A stretch of 64,000 nucleotides of DNA from Babesia bigemina (Eukaryota), in NCBI RefSeq assembly GCF_000981445.1, contig NC_027217.1:310001-374000 (forward strand), written 5' to 3'. The notes beneath the pieces were generated by a model that saw only the letters and a list, made by a program, of their open reading frames with translations, had not been told where the DNA came from and made no database searches. The translations under genes were made by a program, and so were the position numbers. Position 1 is the stretch's first letter. The number at the start of each line of letters is the position of its first letter. Of the stretch, positions 1-9,826 are shown piece by piece.

Positions 1-378
1 ACTGGGAGCGGCAGTGGTAGTGTTGCAGTTGGTGAGTGTTTGCATAGGTGATTGATATGTTTGCAGGTTGAGGGGACTGGGAGCGGCAGTGGTAGTGTTG
101 CAGTTGGTGGGTGCTGCTTGAGTGATTGATGTTTGCAGGTTGAGGGGAGTGGGAGCGGCAGTGGTACGTGTTGTAGTAGGTGAGTGTTTGCATAGGTGAT
201 TGATATGTTTGCAGGTTGAGGGGACTGGGAGCGGCAGTGGTAGTGTTGCAGTTGGTGGGTGCTGCTTGAGTGATTGATGTTTGCAGGTTGAGGGGAGTGG
301 GAGCGGCAGTGGTACGTGTTGTAGTAGGTGAGTGCGTTGCTAGGTGATTGATATGTTTGCAGGCTGAAGGGACTGGGA
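1..378 (+). repeat. Tandem repeat, ~72-76 bp unit with a 148-bp higher-order period; each unit contains an intron-like GT...TTTGCAG segment
   Basis: The core GTTGAGGGGA(C/G)TGGGAGCGGCAGTGGTA recurs at 67, 139, 215 and 287, partially at 1 and degenerately at 363. Positions 32-179 repeat almost exactly at 180-327. The repeat is truncated by the window edge. Confidence 0.95.
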
Positions 379-392
379 GGGGAGCGGGAAAG

Positions 393-854
393 ATGGGTAA
401 TTGGTGGGAGCGGTGTGACTGTGGTAGAGGATGTACGTCAAACAATTGCTATTGCTGCTACATGTGTTGTAGAAAATGTAATCCAGTATGTTTTAAATGT
501 CGCAAGTTCACGCAAGATCGCCGAAGTGGATTCGCCAGCTGCGATCCTAAGGGATGTACAGAGTGTGACAGAAGCAGATGTGAATGTTACTGTTGTAACG
601 ATAGACGCTATAATGCTCGTTCTCTTGCTTCGTTCAGTCAACAGCATTCCCCCGGTTCCTCCGGTTCCTCCTCTTCCCCCAGTCTTCAGCCTCACACCTC
701 CGGTCAACAGCCATCAGCCGTCACCTCTGACTCACCATCCTCCCCCGCCCCTTACATCATCGTCCCCGTAGCCCTCATCATCGTCGTCATCTGCGTCATG
801 ATCTACTTCCGCATTCGGCCGTTCCACAGGGTGCGGTATCTACTGCGCAGCTAA
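393..854 (+). CDS. Small Cys-rich protein with a Ser/Pro linker and a C-terminal transmembrane helix (VESA CKRD-like architecture)
   Basis: ATG at 393 (MGNWWERCDC...). Dense CxC/CC motifs, a Ser-rich linker, hydrophobic PYIIVPVALIIVVICVMIYF, then a basic tail; stop TAA at 852-854. Confidence 0.7.
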   Translation: MGNWWERCDCGRGCTSNNCYCCYMCCRKCNPVCFKCRKFTQDRRSGFASCDPKGCTECDRSRCECYCCNDRRYNARSLASFSQQHSPGSSGSSSSPSLQPHTSGQQPSAVTSDSPSSPAPYIIVPVALIIVVICVMIYFRIRPFHRVRYLLRS

Positions 855-1421
855 TCACAATAACCTAACTGCCAACTGACATCTAATGTTGTAGACAGAG
901 TAGTGATTGCGTTGATCACCGATCACATGAGCAGCGAGGTTACCAGGCACCTGACCTAGTGAGTGACCAAGCACCTGAGCTAGTTACTGGCCGAGCAGCT
1001 GACATACCGCCTCACCTAAGGTCTAATCAAATGTCCGTATTCACCGCACCGTCTACATCCACATTCCTTGTAGACAACGCCCCTCTCCTATCATGCTCCA
1101 CCCCCTCACTCCAGTATGGCTGCCTTTCCTTGTCGCCTTCCCTCCTCAGGTGAGTGGTGTGTCTATAGGATTCTTGTGATGGTTCGTGGATTTAGCAATA
1201 TGGTTTAGGCATGTCATTGTATAAGTATGATGCGTATTAGTGTTATTCAGCGTCTCACTTCATAGCCCTTTCACTCAGCACACTTAGTTGTCTGCCCTGC
1301 TGTACTAAGCAGTGTCACCTTAGAGGTGTGATCACTCTAGTGATTCCCGGTTCACATGGTTATGGAGGCTGGCAGTGGTGATTTGTAGGAGTGGGTTAGA
1401 GGGTGATTTGAAGTGTACAGG

Positions 1422-4400
1422 ATGGCGGTCAAGGGTACTCCTGTGGTCGCGGCACATGGAGTTCCACTCAAGACTCTAAAGGACTGTCTCCAGTTCCTGG
1501 AGTGGTTGAAAAATCGTACCGACGTGCAAAGCAGCGTGGCTAATCGACTGAAAAGGCTGCTCGAAAAAATGTATACAAAGGTTGATCAACGGCAAATTGA
1601 ATCTGCATTGGCTCAATTTCTGAACCATATATCGACGTTTTACCATAAATTATGCAATGGAGCAGAAAAGATCATAAATAAACCAAGAACCGCAAAAAAT
1701 GCCCTAAATGCTCTCTTTGAGTGTATTCCAAAGGTTTTATCCGTGATGTATTTTTTTAGATACCATGTAGATGAAGGTTTCAAGGCTCTTGGCGGAGGAG
1801 GTTGGGCAGATAAGGGAGTTGGAGTGGTTGCAAGTTACGCTAATCTCGGTTTACAGTTAAGTACATATATGAAATTTGCCACTGATATTGATAAATATCT
1901 TATTGAGAAAAACTATACAGCAACATACGGTGTCATCCCCGGAGGATTCGCCTCTGATGAGTTAAAGCCAGATTACCAGGGTAAGTATCCCCAGGGTAAA
2001 TATATGCTAACTGATGTTAAAAATATTTTGGAAAAGGAGACTAATAAAAACAATCTGTTTCGTGATGTATTTTCCACCTCCGTGTTATCCAAAAATTCTG
2101 GCACAAACACTGCCAATATCGCCAATGCTCTTCGTCTGGTTGAAGATTTTTGTAGGATATTTGAAAGAGTAACAAAGGATGTAGAATTTAAAAATCATTT
2201 ACAATCTAACCGTATGTGCATTAATTGGGAAGAATTAGAGAAACATTGCGGCAAACTTAAAGGCTCGCTTGGCAAAATATTCACCAGGGGTCGCTTTTCT
2301 TTTACCGGATATGCAAGAGAATATGAGAATCTTAATAAGGAAAACACTGCTAAAAAGATGGCAACTTGGCTAAAAAAACACTTACCCGAAATGAAAAATA
2401 ATTTGGCGCAAATTCAATTTTTTAGCAGTATAAAGCATAAGTTAAATATGAAACGGCTTAAGAGTAGTGGCCTGACTCCGAGTCAAGCCCCGATGGTTGC
2501 AACCTATTTTACCAAGAACTTCATCCATTACGGATTCACATTTTACTTCAACAAGTATAACGCCAAAACTGCTCCATATGATATTTTGGAGAAGGATTGG
2601 GATAGTGCAATCAGTGAACTCAAGAAACCTAATGGCGATTTGGATCAGCTGAAAACGATTTTGGATGGGAATATGTGTTCAAAGAAAAAAGAGAGAGAGG
2701 ATAGAGGGGAAGAAGGTGAAAAAGAAGAGGATGAAGACGAAGAGGATGACGAACCTCCGGATGAAATTCTGGAAGATGTAGAGTCCGAAGATCTACCTTC
2801 TCCCACCAAAACCGAAGCTACCAAAACCGAGGCCGCCAAGCCTGTGGTCACCAAAGCGGATAGTCCAGATGATCCAGATAAAAAAAATGAGGGAGCACAG
2901 AACCAGGGCAAGAAAGCGGAGGGAGCACAGAACCAGGGCAAGAAAGTGGAGGGAGGTCCAAATCAAGATTATGCTCAAAGTGACGGAAATGTTCCAAGTG
3001 CAGCCTCTCCTTCACCTGATGCCCCTGGTCCCAGTAGTGGTCAGGACCTGGGTGACCAGGCGGCTACCTCTGGCGCTGGTCAACAGAGTGGTCAAGAGGC
3101 TCAACCAAGTCGAAGCACTAATGCTCCGAATGCTGGTACAGATGTTGATAGAGGTGGAGGAGAGGGGATAACTTCTAATCATAGTGTTACAACATCTAGA
3201 AAAGACTCACCCAGAACGTGCCCTAATGGGAAGCCAGCCATTTATGATCGTGACGGTAAAAAGTCATTCTGTTTTCCGGAATATAAGACGCCTGTTCCTC
3301 CCAAAGTTCTTCGCGGTAAAAGCATGGCTGATATAAAAGCTATGGCAGACGCAGATACAGAGAAACGTAAACTGGAGGATGAGGAAGAGCACCAAAGACA
3401 ACAGGAGCGAATTAAAACGGTACACCCGGTTGTCCAATCTTCTGAATACTATTACAATAATCGGGATCCCTATTACAACATTCCACCGCCCATATCATCA
3501 GACTCGCATACACGTAGCGATAGAGAAAGACCTACGCTTGATGGTGTTCCACAGGAAGAGACATCACAACTTTTAAATGCCGTAGTTCGGAGTCGGCAAA
3601 AAGATTGGGACCAATACTACCTCCAACAGCAAGAACGTAAAATGGCATTGCAAAAAAAATTGTATAATGCATATGATGATCATCTTCAGGATTCTGCAAT
3701 TAAGTTGGCTGCAGCTGAATCGGCTAAACAGCAACAGTTAGAACAAAAATACAAAAATGAGATACATCGACGAGTTCAAAATATTTCTAGAATTCCTGTG
3801 CCACCCAAACCTCCATTGTCTATAACACTAGAACCTGATATTGTGTCAACATTGTCGCCAATGGCCTACATTACAGGTGCAGAAACTCGGTATATTAGCG
3901 ACAAACATCGCGTGTCACCTGTCGCAATCCCGAATGCAGCTGCGCAGTATGGCAACCCTGTGATAAACACGCCAGTCGCAGTCACGCTTGACGACAAGAT
4001 CATGGCAGAATCAACAGGTGTCACCGGTAATACCATAAAAAATGAATTACACAAAATAAAAACGGCTCATGTGCCAGATGCAGTGAGCGGGCAAGTCTTA
4101 CCTAATGACTTTGAAGATTCATCACGAAAACGGGAAGAGACGGGAATAGTAAATACATACTTTCAGCAAGGCACAATATTGCATGGATCTGCAATAAAGC
4201 CGCACACGTCAAAGCCTCAAACCTTCGCCTCATGGAGATCGCCCAAAAATTCATCGAACCCCCCAGTGTCTCTGAAGAAATCTCAAGGTTTATCTAAAGC
4301 CAGCGAGGTATACGGAATGGTATTAGAACCGAATCAGCAAGGTAAAACGAACGTTCCTCTGCATAAATTTAAAAAACCACACAAGACACTTCAAGTCCAG

Positions 4401-6794
4401 GAGTTGGATGGTAATCCATACTCCATCCTGATGGATGTTGATGGAGTAGACCTGACGAAGCCTTCAACAAAAAAAGTCAAAATTGTCGCACCGCAGGCCA
4501 TCCCACCACCAGTACCGCCAGTGCTGGCTAGCGGAGTGGTCGTTCCTAATACCAAACAACATTCTCCATCTACGGCACTTATATCATCAAAACCTAGTGG
4601 TCTCTCATCTACAAGAATGGATTCTATTGACACCGTACAACCTGACGAATACCCCGTGACATTGTTTTCGGACATTTCCAGTTCCGTAATGAACAATGAA
4701 CCAAACCATATTAAAATAGTTCAGGTTCCAGATGCTATGAACGCTCCGATGTCGTTACCAGCAGAACCGATAGGCTACTCTATCTCTGATCCTCGTGACG
4801 CTCGGGAAGCTGAGAAACAAAAGTTACAGTATCAATATGCGGACCATGACTTGAAAAATTATCATGATCAACGTGCACAGATTCTAGCTGACGAAAAGGA
4901 TAGACATGCAAAGTATTTGGAACTAGTAATTAAAGATGATGACAAAGAGAAAGAAAATAGAAAGCTGTTGCAAGACGTGGATGAAAAGCTCGTGGTTCCT
5001 CAATCAAAGAGCGATGGTATAGATGTGGCTGCAGTGACACTCGATACACTACAGGCAGGTCACATGGGTCTGCCAATAATTGACTCTGGGCCTGCAATGA
5101 AATTGAGACAGGACGGCTATGTATCCACCACTCCGAGGGCAATCCAACCGGATGACTACTTGAAGGAAAAAATGGCATTAGAAGCTGAAACGAAAAATGT
5201 TGTTAACGGGGGCATTCAAATATCTGTCAAACAGCCGTATGTTACCGAACTACATGATAATCCCAATCATTTCGACATCCAAATAGACGTCGCCCAACGC
5301 CCATTCCAAGACCTTGTACATAACATAGACCTAGATGACCCTTATGCCAACACGGCAGATATCCTTAAAGACGAGTTGAAACCTGCAGGGGATAAAGGCT
5401 TCTCAGGCATGCCTAACACTAATTTCGATCTGGACTTTGCACCGAAACGTATCGGACTTGAAGGCTATGAAGATCCCGGGATGCCGCGTGACTCTCCAAG
5501 GAAGGCAGATGAACGTGTAATTAACCCATTTAGCACAGATGAATGCCAAAACCCTTGGTCCGTTGACACTTCCTCCACCGATACACCCCCTCCACCTGCC
5601 TCCGCTCTCCCACCCACCGACCATCTGCCGCCGCCCAAAACAGTCCGGGAAATGCTCCACTGGTTCGTCGGGTTGAGTCAATATGGACTTATTGGAGTGG
5701 TTACGGAGCATGTCAAAGGCTTTTTGAAGGGTTATAACACAGATGCGTTCGAGGTCACCGGAGATTCCGACCAGCTGACCGCTTCCCATGTCGCCGCCAA
5801 ACTGACCGAGGCGTGCCTCTACTCAGCCACCGTTATCTACAAAGTTAGGCATAACAATGACTTCAAAGCCTTTTCTACCTTCGACTTCAAATCAGAATAT
5901 AGTAAGTTTTGTTATTCCCCCGACCCCGCCGGGCTCCTCTGCCAGCTGCGTGACTACGTCTACGCCTGCCACCACCAGTTGGAATTCCTGAAAGCGCAGT
6001 CTAGTCGGGACAAACTAAGTGGTGGGTGGGAAAATTATGAGTACGGCAGTGATATCACTGCTTCCAAGTCTCCCCTCCAGGCGTTCCTGACTGACGACTG
6101 GGGCTCCACCTTCGAGACTCACCCCTTCGACCCGTGCAACCTGTGCCTCAAGAGCCGCGTCAGGATGGGGTTCAAGAAGACAGACTTACCAATTAGTCAA
6201 CAAAATGGCAACACCCTTTCCACCATCCTCACTCCCAGCTGCGGCGGAGAGGACCCATTGCTGACCTTGTGCTCCTACCTCAACTGCTTTACCAGGCGGA
6301 CGCCGCGCACCATCGGGGAGCTTGTCTCCTACTTCCACCATTTCGGTATCGAGTTGCACAATTATGATCAGAAAGCACTTTCCTCACTTGGCACAGCACT
6401 CTCCACTCCCCATGCCTACTGCCCTGATTGGGACTGTCTTGGTGCCTCCGATTTCCAAGCAGCCCGTCGCATCCGTGGTTCCGAGTCTCTCAACGCAACG
6501 CATGACCATCTGAAGAGTCTACCTAAACAATTTGGAGACAACTTGGGTCATTTACATCGCCATCCACAATTGTTGCCAACTACCTACCATTCGCATGCCC
6601 TCTACCTCCTCGTCTTTGAGTACACGATTTTTCACTTCTTGAATGTTCTGCCATGTTCCCAATTGTTTCGACTCCCAAGGCGTCCTACTTCATCCACGTC
6701 ACGACAATACTCGTTCACTGGAAGAGGATACTCCTACCTTGCTACGACATCGACTGCTTCAATGACCCCATGGGCAAACATTGTTACATCGTAA
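1422..6794 (+). CDS. Large ves/VESA-related variant protein (Babesia family often auto-annotated 'ribosome-binding protein 1'); 3' end looks decayed
   Basis: Single ORF of ~1790 aa. N-terminal HGVPLKTLKDCLQFLEWL and GGGGW motifs, a long low-complexity centre, and a C-terminal VESA-like block (PPKTVREMLHWFVGL, YVYACHHQLEFLK, SPLQAFLTD, RVRMGF, RRTPRTIGEL). The family match is from recall, not from a search. Confidence 0.8.
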   Translation: MAVKGTPVVAAHGVPLKTLKDCLQFLEWLKNRTDVQSSVANRLKRLLEKMYTKVDQRQIESALAQFLNHISTFYHKLCNGAEKIINKPRTAKNALNALFECIPKVLSVMYFFRYHVDEGFKALGGGGWADKGVGVVASYANLGLQLSTYMKFATDIDKYLIEKNYTATYGVIPGGFASDELKPDYQGKYPQGKYMLTDVKNILEKETNKNNLFRDVFSTSVLSKNSGTNTANIANALRLVEDFCRIFERVTKDVEFKNHLQSNRMCINWEELEKHCGKLKGSLGKIFTRGRFSFTGYAREYENLNKENTAKKMATWLKKHLPEMKNNLAQIQFFSSIKHKLNMKRLKSSGLTPSQAPMVATYFTKNFIHYGFTFYFNKYNAKTAPYDILEKDWDSAISELKKPNGDLDQLKTILDGNMCSKKKEREDRGEEGEKEEDEDEEDDEPPDEILEDVESEDLPSPTKTEATKTEAAKPVVTKADSPDDPDKKNEGAQNQGKKAEGAQNQGKKVEGGPNQDYAQSDGNVPSAASPSPDAPGPSSGQDLGDQAATSGAGQQSGQEAQPSRSTNAPNAGTDVDRGGGEGITSNHSVTTSRKDSPRTCPNGKPAIYDRDGKKSFCFPEYKTPVPPKVLRGKSMADIKAMADADTEKRKLEDEEEHQRQQERIKTVHPVVQSSEYYYNNRDPYYNIPPPISSDSHTRSDRERPTLDGVPQEETSQLLNAVVRSRQKDWDQYYLQQQERKMALQKKLYNAYDDHLQDSAIKLAAAESAKQQQLEQKYKNEIHRRVQNISRIPVPPKPPLSITLEPDIVSTLSPMAYITGAETRYISDKHRVSPVAIPNAAAQYGNPVINTPVAVTLDDKIMAESTGVTGNTIKNELHKIKTAHVPDAVSGQVLPNDFEDSSRKREETGIVNTYFQQGTILHGSAIKPHTSKPQTFASWRSPKNSSNPPVSLKKSQGLSKASEVYGMVLEPNQQGKTNVPLHKFKKPHKTLQVQELDGNPYSILMDVDGVDLTKPSTKKVKIVAPQAIPPPVPPVLASGVVVPNTKQHSPSTALISSKPSGLSSTRMDSIDTVQPDEYPVTLFSDISSSVMNNEPNHIKIVQVPDAMNAPMSLPAEPIGYSISDPRDAREAEKQKLQYQYADHDLKNYHDQRAQILADEKDRHAKYLELVIKDDDKEKENRKLLQDVDEKLVVPQSKSDGIDVAAVTLDTLQAGHMGLPIIDSGPAMKLRQDGYVSTTPRAIQPDDYLKEKMALEAETKNVVNGGIQISVKQPYVTELHDNPNHFDIQIDVAQRPFQDLVHNIDLDDPYANTADILKDELKPAGDKGFSGMPNTNFDLDFAPKRIGLEGYEDPGMPRDSPRKADERVINPFSTDECQNPWSVDTSSTDTPPPPASALPPTDHLPPPKTVREMLHWFVGLSQYGLIGVVTEHVKGFLKGYNTDAFEVTGDSDQLTASHVAAKLTEACLYSATVIYKVRHNNDFKAFSTFDFKSEYSKFCYSPDPAGLLCQLRDYVYACHHQLEFLKAQSSRDKLSGGWENYEYGSDITASKSPLQAFLTDDWGSTFETHPFDPCNLCLKSRVRMGFKKTDLPISQQNGNTLSTILTPSCGGEDPLLTLCSYLNCFTRRTPRTIGELVSYFHHFGIELHNYDQKALSSLGTALSTPHAYCPDWDCLGASDFQAARRIRGSESLNATHDHLKSLPKQFGDNLGHLHRHPQLLPTTYHSHALYLLVFEYTIFHFLNVLPCSQLFRLPRRPTSSTSRQYSFTGRGYSYLATTSTASMTPWANIVTS
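2889..2955 (+). repeat. 30-bp coding tandem repeat (EGAQNQGKKA/V, ~2.2 copies)
   Basis: GAGGGAGCACAGAACCAGGGCAAGAAAG occurs at 2889 and 2919. A TKTEA x2 repeat lies just upstream (~2806-2838). Confidence 0.9.
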
Positions 6795-7064
6795 TTATCG
6801 CATTTATGTAATCACAGGTTGTTATATGATGGAATACAGTGCAGCAGTGATTTAATGTGCTGATGAGGCGTATGCAGTGGGATGTGTAATAGATTCATGA
6901 AACTGTCGTATATACAACTGTGATATTACACACCTATGCCACCTCCACGGCAACACTAAGGTAATGTAATAAAATAGTTCATGGCATAATTAATTCGTGA
7001 GTAAGATAGGTTATAACCCATGCCTATAGCTCGGGAGCGCCATGCTGGGTTTGGGAACGGGCAA

Positions 7065-7420
7065 TCATCCAGGTGGGTGTACAAAATTTGTATACTTGTT
7101 TGGGTTGCTATAAGCGACGTTTTGCGTCTTCATACGAATTTTTGTAAAGCTGCGTCTCGATTCAGTGTCGTAGATCACAGAGGCATGTGTTAGCGCATTA
7201 GCATTGTAGACATACGGTTGGAAGTTGTTGGACCGAACTGGCGGAATCACCTTCCGTTAGAATTCATATCAGCCATATTGGCATAAAGTAACACTGTATG
7301 GGAACGTGGGCAACCGAAGCTCAAGACTTCGGGCGTTCAGGGCGACAACAAAACCGATGATTCTCTCAGTCTGCTTCGCGTGGTCGTGGAGTCGCAGGGT
7401 TTGAAACAAAGCATCTGAAA
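7065..7420 (+). pseudogene. Degenerate dispersed repeat, probable pseudogene fragment (copy 1)
   Basis: Shares the exact 17-mer TGGCGGAATCACCTTCC (7239-7255) with 51510-51526, with patchy colinear similarity on both sides. Stops and frameshifts are present. Confidence 0.45.
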
Positions 7421-7909
7421 ATTAAGGTTTTACATTGAATGCACAAAATAAAGCATAATTCCACAAACTATAAAATGTTGGGACATTCACACACAACGTC
7501 AGCCTCGTACACACTAGTCCCAGACACGGCAGTGCGCTGGATTCCATAGCAACCACATATCAGTTGATATCAACAGCGCTTTGAGAAGCAGGAGATAACA
7601 TATCATAGCGTGCAGCCCTAATGCGTCAGTAAGCATTTGCAACCAAAGTTGCTGCAACCACTGAAAGCGAGAAACAATTACGCCAATCACGGAAGGCGGT
7701 AGAAGCAGTGTATACATGCCTCATCAGGTGACTGCTGTCTTGATAATAAGAAGGCACTATTAGACTATATTAACGCTGCAAAAAGCTAATTGCAACCCAT
7801 GGTAACACTTTAACCTTCAACGTCTGTCCAAACTTGCAACGACACTTATAAGCCTAGTATGGGCGACTAGTGCCGCATATATACGCTTACAATGACTCGC
7901 GATAGTTGT

Positions 7910-7927
7910 ACTGCATGCCGCGTCAAT
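7910..7927 (+). promoter_or_regulatory. Conserved upstream motif of the ves-like paralogs (GCATGYCRCG core), copy at gene A
   Basis: ACTGCATGCCGCGTCAAT lies ~245 bp upstream of ATG 8158. The motif recurs upstream of the other three paralogs. Confidence 0.4.
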
Positions 7928-8157
7928 GGTATCGAGATCGAAGAGCTGGGGCATCTGTGTAGTTCCTTCCTTTACCATAGGTATCTTTGGCATATCTTAA
8001 TCTTTCTAAATTTAAATTAGAAGCCTATTTATTAGGTTTAAGCTGCACTTTGGCATTGCGTTTTGTTGAATACATATCGTATTTTTGCAAATCGGCCTGC
8101 AAATAGACCAAGCTCCATTGGGGAATAGTAGCTGCATAGTTAAACTCATTTTTCAAA

Positions 8158-9057
8158 ATGGTGTACACTTCGTTGACTGAAGCTCCTCACAACGTCAAGG
8201 AGGGCATTGACTGGTTAATGGCTCTTAAGGGAACTAGTGGCGAGAGCACCTTGAAGGCTATGGTTGGCGCAATTCACCATCTATTCTCAGATCACTCTGC
8301 TGGAAGTAATCCGCTGCCGTCTCTCGATAAAATTAAGAGCATTTCTAAGGAATTTCTAGAAAAACCGGAGCTACGAGATAATATTATAGTGAAACAATTG
8401 CTGAGTAGATTCTATACTCCGGCTAGTGCCGCAAATACAGGGTCTAAACGTCTATTGACAAGATACTCTGAGGAATACGCACGCGTTGTAGGAGTCAAGG
8501 GCGCCAAACCTGAATACATCGAAGAGTGCTTAAGCAATGTTATGGATGGTTTTGGGAAGCTCTTGAATGATATAAAAAACCCTGACAAGTACAAGTCTGC
8601 ATACAGTGCAGAAGCGACGTGGGAGGCATCATGCGCAAAAGACCCGGAAACCTGCGCAGTGGTTCTCGTGGGTATTGCCCCAATGTTGTACGCAGGTTTA
8701 ATATCTTTATGGGGTACAACCGAATCTAAAACTGGAGAGTTCCACCGGTACGCGGGATCAAGGAGCTTTGGGGAGGTGCTGAGAGCCTTGGGTTACGTAC
8801 AGCCTCAATGCCGCTCTGATATAAATGGCTCAGAGATATTCAAGAATTTTAAAGGGTTGGATGCAGATTTATTTCATAAAACGTACGATATCGCAGGATT
8901 TGACACTTTCTATGGATCTGATATTGTACAGAAGCTACCAGTTAAGCAACCTGTTGTTGAAGAAGCTGTAGTAGCTGAAAAATCTGTGGAGCCTGTAAAA
9001 GCTGCGAAATCTCGAAAACCTGGAATATTACGTAAACTCAGAAAAGCTGTGAAATAA
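8158..9057 (+). CDS. Short ves/VESA1-N-terminal-like family protein, paralog A (with basic C-terminal tail)
   Basis: 299 aa, intronless. Motifs SLTEAPHNVKEGIDWL, YKSAYSAEATWEASC and CAVVLVGIAPMLY are shared with three paralogs in the window. Confidence 0.85.
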   Translation: MVYTSLTEAPHNVKEGIDWLMALKGTSGESTLKAMVGAIHHLFSDHSAGSNPLPSLDKIKSISKEFLEKPELRDNIIVKQLLSRFYTPASAANTGSKRLLTRYSEEYARVVGVKGAKPEYIEECLSNVMDGFGKLLNDIKNPDKYKSAYSAEATWEASCAKDPETCAVVLVGIAPMLYAGLISLWGTTESKTGEFHRYAGSRSFGEVLRALGYVQPQCRSDINGSEIFKNFKGLDADLFHKTYDIAGFDTFYGSDIVQKLPVKQPVVEEAVVAEKSVEPVKAAKSRKPGILRKLRKAVK

Positions 9058-9810
9058 GATCAACAATGGAATATCCTGAGTCCGGCTTACGAGTGACGTG
9101 GCAAGACTGGCATTCTGGACGCATCTCTAATGCACCAAGTGTAGTGATAGCAATCCTTGTGTATGCAATGCACAGCCATCACTCTGCGTGCTCCATACAA
9201 GGTCAAATAGTTTCTAGTGCCCCCTGAATGGTATTCAAGACGCAACTTTGCGTGTTGTTTCAACGTAGTCGCTTTAATGTCCATATATCCAACATGCTGT
9301 AGACACCCTCAGTTGATTGATCACGTTGTGCACTTCTTTTAGTTTCCAAATGTTTATGATGGGTAGCTGCCGCTTTGCTGGGCTCGGCGCCATACCCATT
9401 ACTTCAACGCAGAGTGCCTGTTGATTCCAGTGCGCATGAACGCAGTGTATCTAGTATCGCAGAGCGACTCAATGTCTTGTCATAGTTACTTTTTGAATAT
9501 GCATGTTGTTATTACGCCCAAAATATTTACGTGCTGTTTGTTGGTGCAGCCACTGCGGTTATATGCCACGGGGATCGCTCCTTCCCATGCCATGCAGAGA
9601 TGCGCTAGATGGCTGTGAGCAGGTCAGTGGAAGTCCCATGTAACACCCTATGCAGCATAACTATTCATACAACGCAAACAATGATAAAAACGCTCAGGCA
9701 GTGAGTTCCTAGCATGAGCAATAACCGTCTCACCGACGCATAGCAACTCACAAATCAGTTGTCCATTAACACAGTCGATAACCAACACATTACGACAGCT
9801 TAGCACAGTG
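8947..9810 (+). repeat. Inverted repeat arm A (3' end of the CDS plus ~750 bp flank); partner at 47245-48108
   Basis: Near-identical to the reverse complement of 47245-48108. The ORF track shows matching spurious ORFs in both copies (e.g. 9087..9284- and 47771..47968+). Confidence 0.95.
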
Positions 9811-9826
9811 GCAAGGCAATTGTAAC

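Noticed and set aside
1..378. CRISPR-like or telomeric interpretation of the repeat
   Set aside because: Eukaryotic context; the 'spacers' are themselves repeated, and there is no TT(T/C)AGGG telomere unit.
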